DNA of 64,000 nucleotides from the human T2T-CHM13v2.0 reference genome, Homo sapiens: assembly GCF_009914755.1 (NCBI RefSeq), contig NC_060927.1. One strand, 5' to 3'. The notes under the pieces are model-generated. The model worked only from the letters and a program-made list of their open reading frames with translations. It made no database searches and had not been told where the DNA came from. Shown in pieces: positions 1 to 15,008 of the stretch (position 1 is its first letter; every line of letters starts with the position of its first letter). Position numbers and translations under genes: made by a program.

Positions 1-260
1 CTACTCTGTTTAAACACATCAACATGGTACTTTTATTTTCTCTTTTTCTGGCTTACCTATTTAACTATCTTGGCAGTTTGATATGGATTTTATATCTCCA
101 AGTATCAAACACACCAATAATATCCTTGTTCTGTTTTTCTGGTTGCTGTTTTTAAAACGTTTAATATGTTAAATATAAGGATACCTTATATTTACTCTAT
201 GTAAGTTTCATACTAGTGATTTAAAAAGTTTAGTAACTTTTGTTTAATGTATATTATATA

Positions 261-834
261 CAGTAGTGCCCCCTCATCTGTTTGGAATACATTCCAAAAT
301 CCCCAGTAGAAGCCTGAAATGAGGATAGTACTGAAATCTAAACAAATGCTCCCTGACTTAACTATGGTTGAAATTATGATTTTTTGACTTTATGATGGGC
401 TTATCAGGGTATTTTTGACTAATGATATTTTTGATTTATAATAAATTTGTTGGGATTATAATTTGAGGAGCCCCATCATAATTTGAGGAGCATACGTATA
501 AACTATGTTTTTCCTTATAGATGCATACCTGTGATAAGGTCTAATTCATAAATTAAGTACAATAACAATAAAATAGAATAATTATAACAATATACTGTAA
601 TAAAATGTATGTGAATGTAGTCCCTCTTTCTCACTGTCTCCAAATATCTTATTGTATCAAGACAGCTAGTAAGTGACTAAAAGGTGGGTAGTGTATACAG
701 CATAGGTAGGCTGGACAAAGGGATGATTCACATCCAGTAGAGGATGGGGCAGGGTGCACCAGATTTAATCATACTACTCAGGATGGTGTGTAATTTAAAA
801 CTTATGAAGTGTTTATTTCCGGAATTTTCCATTT
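261..834 (-). mobile_element. MER44-like (Tigger7-derived) non-autonomous DNA transposon, one end missing, interrupted by a MER47-like MITE
   Basis: Starts TA|CAGTAGTGCCCCCTCATC (Tigger TIR). 660-834 resembles the MER44 segment also seen at 14380-14540. No second TIR after 834. Confidence 0.75.
343..496 (-). mobile_element. MER47/Tigger5-like MITE nested in MER44
   Basis: Termini CAAATGCTCCCTGACTTA ... ATTTGAGGAGCATACG|TA are degenerate inverted repeats; internal TTTTTGACTT/TATGATGGG motifs as recalled for this family. Confidence 0.6.
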
Positions 835-1436
835 GGCTTAACACTATGTATTTAGGAATATTTCCTCATCTATAAAACATTTTTTAATAAGTAGAGAGTA
901 GTTTACCTCAAATGGAGACAAATTGTTTATAGAATCTTGAAAATGTATGCATTATGGGAAAAATACCATAAACTAGATTTTTTAAAAGGGCAAATAGTAG
1001 ATAACTTAGGTCTAGAATATTTGGTAAAATTATATATTATAAATTATATATTTGCTATTGGGACTGCACTCATATATGAGTTATGGAGAGTCTGTCCATG
1101 CTTCTTTTGTGATGAAATGTGATGCATTTGGATGGAGCACTACTCAGAGGACATACTAGAATTTATTAAAATGTAGGACTGAATTCTCAAAATGAAATAT
1201 TACATAAAAGAAAAAATCCTTATTTAATATGGCTAGAATCCCTCTTCCAACTCCCCAATATTTATATTATAAACTGGAAGATTATATTTTATTTACTAAT
1301 TACTCAGATATACATTTGATTTTTTCTAAATAAAATTTAAAACTTTGGGGGTCTTTGGGCCTATAAATATTTAATTCAAAAATTGATTAATTCATTAACT
1401 AATACAGTATTCAGAAAAAATTCAGATTATTTTCTA

Positions 1437-1656
1437 TCTGCCTCCTGGGTTCAAGCAATTCTTCTGCTTCAGCCTCCAGAGTAGCTGGGACTACAGGCAC
1501 CCACCATCACACCCAACTAATTGTTTTTGTATTTTTAGTAGAGACGGGCTTTCATAACATTGGCCAGGCTGGTCTCAAACTCCTGACCTCAGGTGATCCG
1601 CCTGCCTCAGCCTCCCAAAGTCTTGGGATTACAGGTGTGAGCCACCACTCCCTGCC
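1437..1656 (-). mobile_element. AluS element lacking its 3' end and poly(A) tail
   Basis: Antisense Alu from TCTGCCTCCTGGGTTCAAG to GAGCCACCACTCCCTGCC; the distal right arm and T-tract are absent. Confidence 0.92.
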
Positions 1657-2962
1657 ATCGATGTAGGTAATTTTTCATGGTAAAATGTTTATATGATTCT
1701 AACTAGTGATTAGTGTATTAACTAGTGTACTATATTAGAATGCAAACATTTACCATTATTTTCCCAGGATATAGCATAGAGCAAGTGACACTGATGGCAA
1801 AAATTATTTTTTAAGCAATTATATAATATACAAAATGATAATAATCTTAAAATAATATGTGATTAAGACATGATGTATGGGCCCACGTGTTTTCTTATCA
1901 GAATACTTTCATACCATAGAGTAAAACTGGCACTTGTGTGTGTGATTCTAGTAAAAATTAAACAGAAAGAGAACACACAGGATTAGTTTAAATGACACTC
2001 AACCAGTAAAATGATATTACCAAGTCATTTGAAAGGGCATCAAAACTGTAAAAATAAGTAAGTATTTCACAGACACCCATACTTTTTGGGAAGAGGTAAA
2101 GAGACAGAAAAAAAAATGGTCATTAAAGCTTCTTTTGCAAGCAATGTTACACTCTAAGACAATATAAAGGAATACCAGAGCAAAGTCATTTTATAAGTAG
2201 TAATGTTAATTATTCAAATGTATTTGCTATAGTTATAGTTTATTCATTTATTTTATAAGGAACACCATTATTCTCTTTATACTTATGTGATTTACTTCAT
2301 CCTGAGCATGAAAAAACTGTTGTCCTACTTACCAGGCTAAAGAAAGTCATCCATGATTTGCGGGTCAAAAAGAGGGAGGTTTATTATTATCTCTTGCTCA
2401 AGCACTTTCACCTCCCTTGGCACTTGATTCATTAGATACTTGTATGGCCTTGGAAATTACTTTCAAACCTTTCAAAGTTAATTGAGCTCAGAACTGAGGT
2501 TCAAAGCATCTGTACTTTTCTCCTTTACTGAAATAAAATATAAATCAGTGAACCAAGTAGTCTCCTATATTGCCAATAAGCTTTGAAATTTGCTATAAAA
2601 TTGTCACATTATATATTAAGACAGAATTATATTTTAGTTGATTGAAAAATGCATTTTTCTTCAACCAGTGTGGGATGATTTAAACTACTTTTCTGTTTCT
2701 CTATGTTATAGCATTTAATTTTGAATTAGTTTTCATATCCTGGCCAGAACCAAACTAACGAACTAAGCTAAATATAAAAATTAACGTACATAGAAAGAGG
2801 AACCTAAGGAAAATATGAGAGGGACATGAATACTTTTAATGCCCCCAAGCACATTTCTGAAAAAAGTTTTATTCTTAGACTGCCCTACTCAGTTGTTTCT
2901 AAATAAAAACCTGACTGACATTCAGATGTCTTCCAGTTATGATGAAGTCATAAGATATATGA

Positions 2963-2964
<2 letters not shown>

Positions 2965-3001
<37 letters not shown>
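2965..3001. repeat. (AC)18 microsatellite
   Basis: Perfect dinucleotide run. Confidence 0.98.
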
Positions 3002-3003
<2 letters not shown>

Positions 3004-3039
3004 TATTGGACAGCAGATATTTTCAGATACTGGACATGT

Positions 3040-3460
3040 GGGAAATAATCATCCCCAAGAGAAGGAACAAGAATGAGGCAATCCATACAAAAGCCCCAAC
3101 TTGCTGCTTGGGGAGTTTCTGGGCTGTGATGTAGAGAAAGGATATTCAAACAGAAACAAGCAGTCTCTGGGTAGAAGAAGCAGAGTTCAGAGTTTGTGGA
3201 GGCAAATGTGGGTAAAATTCTAGGGAAGATTACTAGAGAAAAGAGGACTGATCATACCTGGCAGGACTCCAGATATCTGAGAAGGGTTATTTCTAGTCTT
3301 CAGTTGAGCACAGATCAGTGCACTTGTGAGATAAAATGTCCAAAGGCCCTGAAAGACCACCAGAAAGGTCTGGTGTATCACTCTTCAGAGCAAACAGACC
3401 TGGGGCTAGCTCATGATTTCACAAGTGAGAGAGGAAACAAGAGTAGAAATTCCTATGTGC
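3040..3460 (+). mobile_element. Probable ancient L1M 5'-end fragment
   Basis: Contains CAGTTGAGCACAGATCAGTGCA, resembling old L1M 5' regions; directly followed by L1M ORF2 sequence. Confidence 0.4.
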
Positions 3461-3469
3461 TTTAAAATT

Positions 3470-4340
3470 AAGGAAATATCAAGAACAATTCTATGCCAGT
3501 ATCTTTGACAACTTCAATGAAATGGACAATTGTTTTGAAAGGCTTAAATACAGAAGCTTAGTTAAAAATAACAAGAATAGTCCTGCATCTATGAACACAT
3601 TGAACTTTTGCTTAAAACAAAGTCCCACAAAGAAAAATGCAAGCCCAGGTGGCTTTCCAAGCAAATTCTACCAAACATTAAAGAATGAATGAAAGTCAAT
3701 TTTATACAAACTCTTTCAGAATATAAAAGAGAAGGAAAAACTTCCTCATTTATAAGACCAGCATTACCCTGACAACAATAGCTAGACAGACATACAAAAA
3801 TAAAACTATACACAAATATCTCTTGTAAATATAGACACGGAAAGCCTTAACATTTTAGCTGATAAATTCAAGAATAAATAAGAAGCATAATAATAGCATA
3901 ACCAATGGGTTTCATCCCAGAAATAAAATTGTTTCAGCATTTAAAAACCAAAAATCAGTAATTGGCTATACTAGCAATATAAACAAGAAAAAAAGGTATA
4001 TAATCATCTTGAATAGAAACAGAGGAACCAGTTGATAAAATTCAATATCCATTCAGGAAAGAAGAAAAACTAAGAGTGGAAGAAAACCTCATTTTCAACC
4101 TAATAGAGGGCAACTATAAAAAATATAAAGTTAACATTGTACTTAATGAAAAAATCATTTTTCACTTAATATTGGGAATAAAACAAAGATATACCATCCC
4201 ACCACGTCTATTCAGCCTTGTACTAAAGGTTCTAGGCAGTGCAATTCAACAAGAAAATGAAATAAAGTGTGTATATTTTAACATAGAAGAAAAAATTATC
4301 TCTTTTCCTGAGAAATTAGATTGATACATTCCATGAAGGC
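3470..4340 (+). mobile_element. Ancient L1M ORF2 fragment (pre-RT and RT region), degraded
   Basis: GAAATGGACAA, CCCAGGTGGCTT, AATTCTACCAAACA motifs; ORF 4076-4324 shows PRLFSLVLKVLGSAIQQENEIK, homologous to L1 [22 protein letters not shown]. Confidence 0.8.
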
Positions 4341-4628
4341 ATAATTCAAATGGTATGTCATATTAATAACATTCTTGTTACCCACAGATAAAGGTAGAAA
4401 ATAGATTTTAATATTTCTATAAAAATGCAATCTGTCACCCCTTTCTTTGACTAGGAAAGGGAATTCCCTGACCCCTTGCGCTTCCCGGGTGAGGCAATGC
4501 CTCATCCTGCTTCAGCTCAGGCTGGGTGCGCTGCACCCACTGTCCTGCAACCACTTTCCGACACTCCCCAGTGAGATGAACCCGGTATCTCAGTTGGAAA
4601 TGCAGAAATCACGCATCTTCTACGTCAC

Positions 4629-4895
4629 TCACGCTGGGAGCTGCAGACTGGAGCTGTTCCTATTCTGCCATTTCCTAGTCAAAGGAAGGGGTGACAGAGG
4701 GCACCTGGAAAATTGGGTCACTCCCACCCTAATACTGCGCTTTTCCAAAGGTCTTAGCAAACAGCACACCAGGAGATTATATCCCGCACCTGGCTCGGAA
4801 GGTCCTATGCACATGGAGCCTTGCTCATTGCTAGCACAGCAGTCTGAGATCAAACTGCAAGGTGGAAGCAAGGCTGGAGGAGGGGCGCCCGCCAT
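4629..4895 (-). CDS. ORF0: L1 ORF0-like antisense ORF (88 aa) with chimeric C-terminus; expression unknown
   Basis: ATG at 4895: MAGAPPPALLPPCSLISDCCASNEQGS...RVGVTQFSR matches primate ORF0. Open through the inversion junction. Both CAG|GTG splice donors retained (GT at 4789-4788 and 4704-4703). Confidence 0.6.
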   Translation of the reverse strand: MAGAPPPALLPPCSLISDCCASNEQGSMCIGPSEPGAGYNLLVCCLLRPLEKRSIRVGVTQFSRCPLSPLPLTRKWQNRNSSSLQLPA

Positions 4896-5469
4896 TGCTG
4901 AGGCTTGGGTAGGTAAACAAAGCAGCCTGGAAGCTCGAACTGGGTGGAGCTCATTGCAGCTCAAGGAGGCCTGCCTGCCTCTGTAGACTCCACCTCTGGG
5001 GGCAGGGTATTGCCAAACAAAAGGCAGCAGAATCCTCTGCAGACTTAAATGTCCCTGTCTGACAGCTTTGAAGAGAGTAGTGGTTCTCCCAGCACTCAGC
5101 TGGAGACCTGAGAACGGACAGACTGCCTTCTCAAGTGGGTCCCTGACCCCTGAGTAGCCTAACTGGGAGGTACCCCCCAGTAGGGGCAGACTGACACCTC
5201 ACACGGCTGGGTACTCCTCTGAGACAAAACTTCCAGAGTAATGATCAGGCAGCAACATTTGCTGTTCACCAATATCTGCTGTTCTGCAGCCTCCACTGCT
5301 GATACCCAGGAAAGCAGCATCTGGACTGGATCTCCAGCAAACTCCAACAGACCTACAGCTGAGGGTCCTGACTGTTAGAAGGAAAACTAACAAAGAGAAA
5401 GGACATCTACACCAAAAGCCATCTGTACATCACCATCATCAAAGACCAAAGGTAGATAAAACCACAAAG

Positions 5470-6473
5470 ATGGGAAGAAAACAGAGCAGAAAAACTGGAA
5501 ACTCTAAAAATCAGAGTGCCTCTCCTCCTCCAAAGGAACACAGCTCCTCACCAGCAATGGAACAAAGCTGGATGGAGAATGACTTTGAAGAGTTGAGAGA
5601 AGAAGGCTTCAGATGATCAAACTACTCCGAGCTAAAGGAGGAAGTGCAAACCCATGGCAAAGAAGTTAAAAACCTTGAAAAAAAATTAGATGAATGACTA
5701 ACTAGAATAACCAATGCAGAGAACTCCTTAAAAGACCTGATGGAGCTGAAAACTAAGGCATGAGAACTACGTGACGAATGCACAAGTTTCAGTAGTCAAT
5801 TCGATCAACTGGAAGAAAGGGTATCAGTGATGGAAGATCAAATGAATGAAATGAAATGAGAAGAGAAGTTTAGAGAAAAAAGAATAAAAAAAAATGAACA
5901 AAGCCTCCAAGAAATATGGGACTATGTGAAAAGACCAAATCTACATCTGATTGGTGTACCTGAAAGTGACTGGGAGAATGGAACCAAGTTGGAAAACACT
6001 CTGCAGGATATCATCCAGGAGAACTTCCCCAATCTAGCAAGGCAGGCCAACATTTGAATTCAGGAAATACAGAGAATGCCACAAAGATACTCCTTGAGAA
6101 GAGCAACTCCAAGACACATAATTGTCAGATTCACCAAAGTTGAAATGAAGGAAAAAATGTTAAGGGCAGCCAGAGAGAAAGGTCGGGTTACCCTCAAAGG
6201 GAAGCCCATTAGACTAACAGCTGATCTCTTGGCAGAAACTCTACAAGCCAGAAGAGAGTGGGGGCCAATATTCAACACTCCTAAAGAAAAGAAATTTCAA
6301 CCCAGAATTTCATAAGCTTCACAAGTGAAGGAGAAATAAAATACTTTACAGACAAGCAAATGCTGAGAGATTTTGTCATCACCAGGCCTGCCCTAAAAGA
6401 GCTCCTGAAGGAAACACTAAACATGGAAAGGAACAACCCATACCAGCCACTGCAAAAACATGCCAAATTGTAA
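5470..6473 (+). pseudogene. ORF1: L1 ORF1 (RNA-binding protein), inactivated
   Basis: ATG GGA AGA AAA CAG at 5470 to GCCAAATTGTAA; ORF 6076-6315 gives RRATPRHIIVRFTKVEMKEKMLRAAREK; several premature stops and a small deletion near 6313. Confidence 0.93.
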
Positions 6474-6536
6474 AGACCATTGAGGCTAGTAAGAAACTGC
6501 ATCAAGTAATGAGCAAAATAACCAGCTAACATCAGA

Positions 6537-9092
<2,556 letters not shown>

Positions 9093-11150
9093 TAGAATAC
9101 CAATCCAGAATAATAGTAATGCTAATTCAAATTAAACTCAAAGAGCAAGAATGTCTTAACCTAAAAAAATACGAAATTTAAACATTAAGGAAATGAAGCA
9201 TTTAATTCAAAAAATTATTAAGTGTCTTATACAATAATGTAGGACACCACTCTCTCTCAAACCCCATAGGAAGTATTTAACGGATGTGAAATCATAAGAT
9301 AACAACTTAGAAAAACAGGAAACATGATGAATAAATAAAGCCTGGAGTGATTTCTTGGAAAACACATGGACTCTCATGAAGTTAATGTAGTCAAGGACAA
9401 AGGAAAAAATTGTCGGATACACAAAAGTGAAATGATAATAGAAAACTAAGCATCAAAAGAAAGAAACAACTTCTGAAACTTTGTGCAAATAAATTTGAAA
9501 ACATAAAAATATATGAGTTTCATTTTATGTAAATATAAATAAACAATTCCAGCAAAGAGAAAATAACATTGAAAAATCAAAGACCAAATTTATATATGAA
9601 TATCGAAGCAAAAAACCTTAGATAAATGATACACATAATCAATGAAAAGAACAATATAACTAATTAGGGCATCTTAGGATAATGTAAAAAACAATACAAT
9701 AAAATCCATTAAGATGAATCATATTATTGACCTAAAGAAAATAACAACTATAAGTATTCTATATATTTCATATGTAATAAAAGCACTCACAAAAGAATCC
9801 ATAAATCTTTTAAATAAAACATTCTTAATAAAATAGCAATAGAATAATGATATATTTAAGTTTCTGGATTGATTAAAAATGTTTTTCTCATTAAAATGAG
9901 AAAAAGATGAAGATGCTATAATTTGTCAATATTAAGCACTAATATTAAACAACAGTAGGAAATAGCTGATATAAGCAGATGAGAGAAATACATATAGAAA
10001 TTCTGAATATAAAATGTATTTTAATTTACAGATGATGTTAATGTTTCTCTAAAAACATAAAGGATCATTTAAAAATCTATTACAAATAATGTAATACATT
10101 TAATCACTTTTCTGGGTATAAAGTTAATGTGCATAAATCAATTTATTCATAAACAATTTAAAAGCAGGAGAAAATACACTAAATTATATAGTGACAAAAT
10201 ACGAAATACCTAGGAAAAATTATCAAGAAATATTTAGAATTTATTTAAGGAATTTTTTTAATGTTAATGAGGAATATCAAAGAAATCAAACAAATATAGA
10301 GATAGTACAGGTTGTGAACACAAACATAACATCATTAACTTGTCAATTCATTCTAGAAACTTTAGAAATCTAAAACCAAAAGTAGAGTTTTAAAGATCTA
10401 GAAATATTTTTTGAGGAATAGAGAAAGTGAACCAGGTATTCTAAAATTAAAAGTAAATATAAACATCAATAATATTTCAGAAAAAATATGGAAGGGGACT
10501 ATTCTTACTGGCCATTACTTTGAATTTTAAAGCTTACATAATAAAGATACTGTAGTTATTGTAGACAAATTAGTAGAATATAAAGTCCAGAAAGAATTGA
10601 AAATATATATAACATTATCTACAGTGAAAGTGTTATTTCTAAACAATTGGTAAAGATGCACTTTTTAATTTAAAAAAGTTAGAAAAACAGGAAAAAAAGT
10701 TTGGACATCTCATGATAACTTAGAATAAATTACAAAGGGATTTTAAGATTAAATGTGAAACTAAGACCATGAAAGTCGTATAAGTTAGCAAACGAGAATG
10801 TGAAAAGTCTTCATAAAAATAAACCCAGTTGCCTTGAAAGAAATGAAAGGGTGGTTTTTGTCCACATTAAACACAAACAAACTGAGAAACAAAGAAAACA
10901 CTGTAAAAAGAGTCAAAAAGCACTTTACAAAAGAAAATATTTATACCTCATAAAAAAGAACAAAGAGCAAATTGTCTTAATACATGAAAAGCTTCTAAAG
11001 TCTGTATGAAAAATGCTTACACTCTTGCAATAAATTTAATATGAACTATGAAAAGACAGAACAAGTAAAATATAAATGTCTCTCAAATATGAAAAATGCT
11101 ACATTGAACACACAAAGGAAAGATAATATTTGCAATTATAAAAACAATCT

Positions 11151-11250
11151 TTTATCCATAAGCTTTTAAAATATTAAACATTTTGTGAATCACTGAATTA
11201 CTTTATCCATAAGCTTTAAAAATATTAAACATTGTGTAAATCACTGAATT
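11151..11250. repeat. Tandem duplication, period 51 bp
   Basis: 11151-11199 vs 11202-11250, 46/49 identical. Confidence 0.95.
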
Positions 11251-11367
11251 GGAGTGAGTTTCAAGAAACAACATTCCTGGAGATATTAGAAATTATATAC
11301 CTTCATCTAAGAGTTTGGAAAGTTTATAAAATCCTGAAAATGTATTCTCCAGTCAAAAACACATATG

Positions 11368-11882
11368 TGTGAAGTGACATTTGAATTTGAACATATCAAC
11401 AGGCGATTCTGCATAGGTCTCTGTGGGTGTGCATTTCTGTGAGAAGCAGCATTAACAGTCTTTGTTTGAATCCTCTTTGTTCTAGAACCTTTTCAAAAAC
11501 TTTTATACAGTAAATGTCTTTGGAAAATAGAAATAATATCTCACTCCAGAGAAATGGTAGGTTTATTTACTATACAGTCAAATAATAATAATATCTCTCT
11601 CTGGGGCAAAATTCAGGCAAACTTACTGCCCAGGGCTTAAACTCTGAGTTCTCCTGTGATATCAACCCCTGAGTGTGCAGGCATCACTTTTCCCTCTTTA
11701 ATCACTGGGGCTTTGGAAATCAGTGCAAATATCAATTCTCCAGCTACTGCTTGTGCTAGGGGTAATATGGTTTTTGTCTATAGCACAAGAGTCTCATATG
11801 TTTTGTTAGCATCCACAAAACTGTGGCATGATAAATTGTAAATTTGAGATTAAGGTAAATTTTTAGACCATTTTGATCTTGG
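11368..11882 (+). mobile_element. ERVL-class solo LTR (MER54-like)
   Basis: 3' end AGCATCCACAAAACTGTGGCATGATAAATTGT...GGTAAATTTTTAGACC resembles MER54-group U5; ~500 bp, higher GC than flanks. Confidence 0.55.
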
Positions 11883-12801
11883 TGAAATAGTCAATGCTTT
11901 ATTATTTGTAATATCAAATTGTGTCAAAACCGAAATGCCCAGCAGAAGATACAGGTTACATAAATTATATCAAAATACTTAATATTATTAAGTTATTGAT
12001 CATCATGTTAGCTTTGCATTTACTGATAACAAGTCCAAGATATATCTTTTAAAGAAGAAAGTAATGCAAAAACATTTTGTAAAATTTGGTACCATGTGTA
12101 TAAACACATTTTTTAAAAACATGAATTAAGAGACACTATTTAAATTAAAAAGTCATGATGAAGACTTCAGCCCAGACTATGCACACTCCTATTTTCTTCT
12201 CTTACTTGCTAAGCACAATTAAAACCCAGGAAATATGCACAATTATAAACCCAGGAATGTATAAGATAAAAGAAAAATTCTAAAAGGCATTTAGCACCTT
12301 TTAAAATGTAAAGTGAAGGCCAACTGGTTGTAGACCCAAAAAGTGGAGGAGTAGTGCAGGTTGCATCCCCTGACCCATCAGAAGAAGGCCACTGAGACCC
12401 ACTGTTTTCCAACCACTGCTTTAGCATCAGAAGGCAGCTATAGGCTCATTCCTCTCCTGGAATGAATGTGAGTCCTTCTGGAAATACCAGGTGAATACAA
12501 CACTACAGGGAAGGTGGATTAATTGGAAGTTTCACTTATTTTTATAAGTGTTCATGTGAAATAATATATTTTCCCACAAAACGTGAACCTCCCATGTTCT
12601 GCCAAGAGATACTGAGGTGAACAGGCAGAACAAGCAAGACAAACAGCTGTAACAGGAAGCACAGTCTGGGAAGCTTCTTGTCTCTATGAACTGATACCCT
12701 TCACCCACAGACATTGGGACAGGCAGGCAGAATAAAAAAAAGGAAAGCAATTTTTAGCTAGTGACTTAGACTGGACAGCTTCTTTATTCCTTTGGGCCTA
12801 G

Positions 12802-13216
<415 letters not shown>

Positions 13217-13917
13217 AGGTCTTCCACTTTTTAAGGTAGCAAGAGTCACACCAGATGAACCAAGCAGCCCCAAATAAAATCCCAAATGTTGGGAAAATTA
13301 AATTGCCATAAAATTAGGCCAAGACTTGCATGCCAAAACTAAAATAGGACTAACTGCATTATGAAGTAAAATATTTTAATAGAAACTAGAGTCTTCTTAC
13401 ATAATAGACAAAATTCAGAATAAAATTGAAAATCACTCCTTATATTAAGAACTTAGGAAATCACAAATTGAATGGGAAAAAACTGTCGATGCCAATGTGG
13501 TGGTGATACAGATGTTTCAGTTATCTGACAAATATGTTAAAGGAGCCATCATAAAGATGTTTCCACATCCAATTAATAATTTTTGAACCAAATTTAAAAT
13601 AAAACTATTAAAAAATAAAAATTAAAAAACACTCTCAAAGAACTAGAAAACACAGTAAAGGAAATACAAAAGTGAATGGACCTAATAGAAGAGTGGAGTG
13701 GAGGCAACAATAGCATTAGTGTAATTGAAGGTAAGACAATGAATTTACCTTATCTGAACACCAGAGAAAAAACAGACTACTACCACTACTACTAATAATA
13801 ATAAAGAACAGCATCATGTGGACTTGTGAGATAATAAAAAAACTAACATAAACATAATTGGCATACAGAGGAGAAAGGAGAAAAAGATTACAGCTAAAAG
13901 AATTATTTGAAGAAATA

Positions 13918-14598
13918 TAGTAACCTCCCCCTTATCTGTGGGAAATTTGTTGCAACATTCCCAGTGGATGCCTGAAACCATTAATGGTATTGATCTCAAT
14001 TGCCATTAATTGAATCATGTTTCTGCTTATGTCTTCTACCCAAAACTTGAATGCTTGTTTCATCTTCCTAAGCTCTTATCATGCACTGTGGCTATAACTT
14101 TTGCAGTTTGAGGTACAACAACAAAACTGGCAAATTATTATTCCTTCTTAATGATTTTACAGATATAAAATGTGTTCTTCCCATAAATTTTAGCAACATC
14201 AGCATATAAGTTTCTTTTATTAAGTTGAGAATTTTAAAGAAGCACTTCACTGTTTTTCTTTGGAATAACCAAATTGCTACTATCATTTTTCTTGCACTTA
14301 GAGGTCATTATTAAGTAAAATAAGGGTTACTTGAACACAAGCACTGTGATACCATGACAGTGGATCTGATAAACAAAATAGCTATGAAGTCACTAACAGG
14401 TGGATAGCATATACACCATGGATATGCTGGATGGAGGAATGATTCATGTCTCAGATAGGTCAGAGCACAAGAACATGAAATGTAATCACTCCACTCAGAA
14501 TGGCAAGCTTATAAATTATTTCTGGAGTTCTCCATTTAATATTTTCTAACCATTTTACTGCAGAAAATGGAAACCATGAAAAGTGAAAAGGACTACAG
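13918..14598 (-). mobile_element. MER44C-like (Tigger7-derived) element inserted in L1MD ORF1
   Basis: TA-flanked, degenerate TIRs TAGTAACCTCCCCCTTATC ... GGACTACAG; internal AAGTAAAATAAGGGTTACTTGAACACAAGCACTG. Confidence 0.85.
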
Positions 14599-14904
14599 TA
14601 GTGCCTGAAACCTTCTCAAACTTGCTGCAAGACACAAGCAGATGAATCCAATAAGCTGAGTGAACCTCAAGAGATATCCATGCCATGTCATGAAATAACT
14701 GTGAAAATTATAGATAAAGAAAATAACTTGAAAACATCCAGAAAAAGGAAACATTGCCTATAAAAAAATCCAATTTGGATGACTATAACTTGCTCATCTG
14801 AAACCATAGAGGCAAGAAGGAAGTATTACAACATGTTTTAAGTGTTGAAAGACTGTGAACTGAAATTCTGTAACTGGCATGACTAGCCTTCAGGAATGAA
14901 AAGA

Positions 14905-15008
14905 AAATAAAACATTTTAGGACAAAGAATATTAAAAAAATATTGTTAGCAGAACAAATAAAAACATTTTGGGACAAAGAAAATTTAAAATAAAATGTTG
15001 TTAGCAGA
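14905..15008. repeat. Diverged ~51-bp tandem duplication within L1MD
   Basis: AAATAAAACATTTT(A/G)GGACAAAGAA...TTGTTAGCAGA occurs twice. Confidence 0.85.

Noticed and set aside
2839-3149. ORFs with HTHTHT / CVCVCV repeats
   Set aside because: Translations of the (AC)18 microsatellite.
4447-4986. 179-aa plus-strand ORF across the L1 inversion
   Set aside because: TTG start, entirely L1 5'UTR sequence; no evidence of a real gene. Used only as support for the rearrangement.
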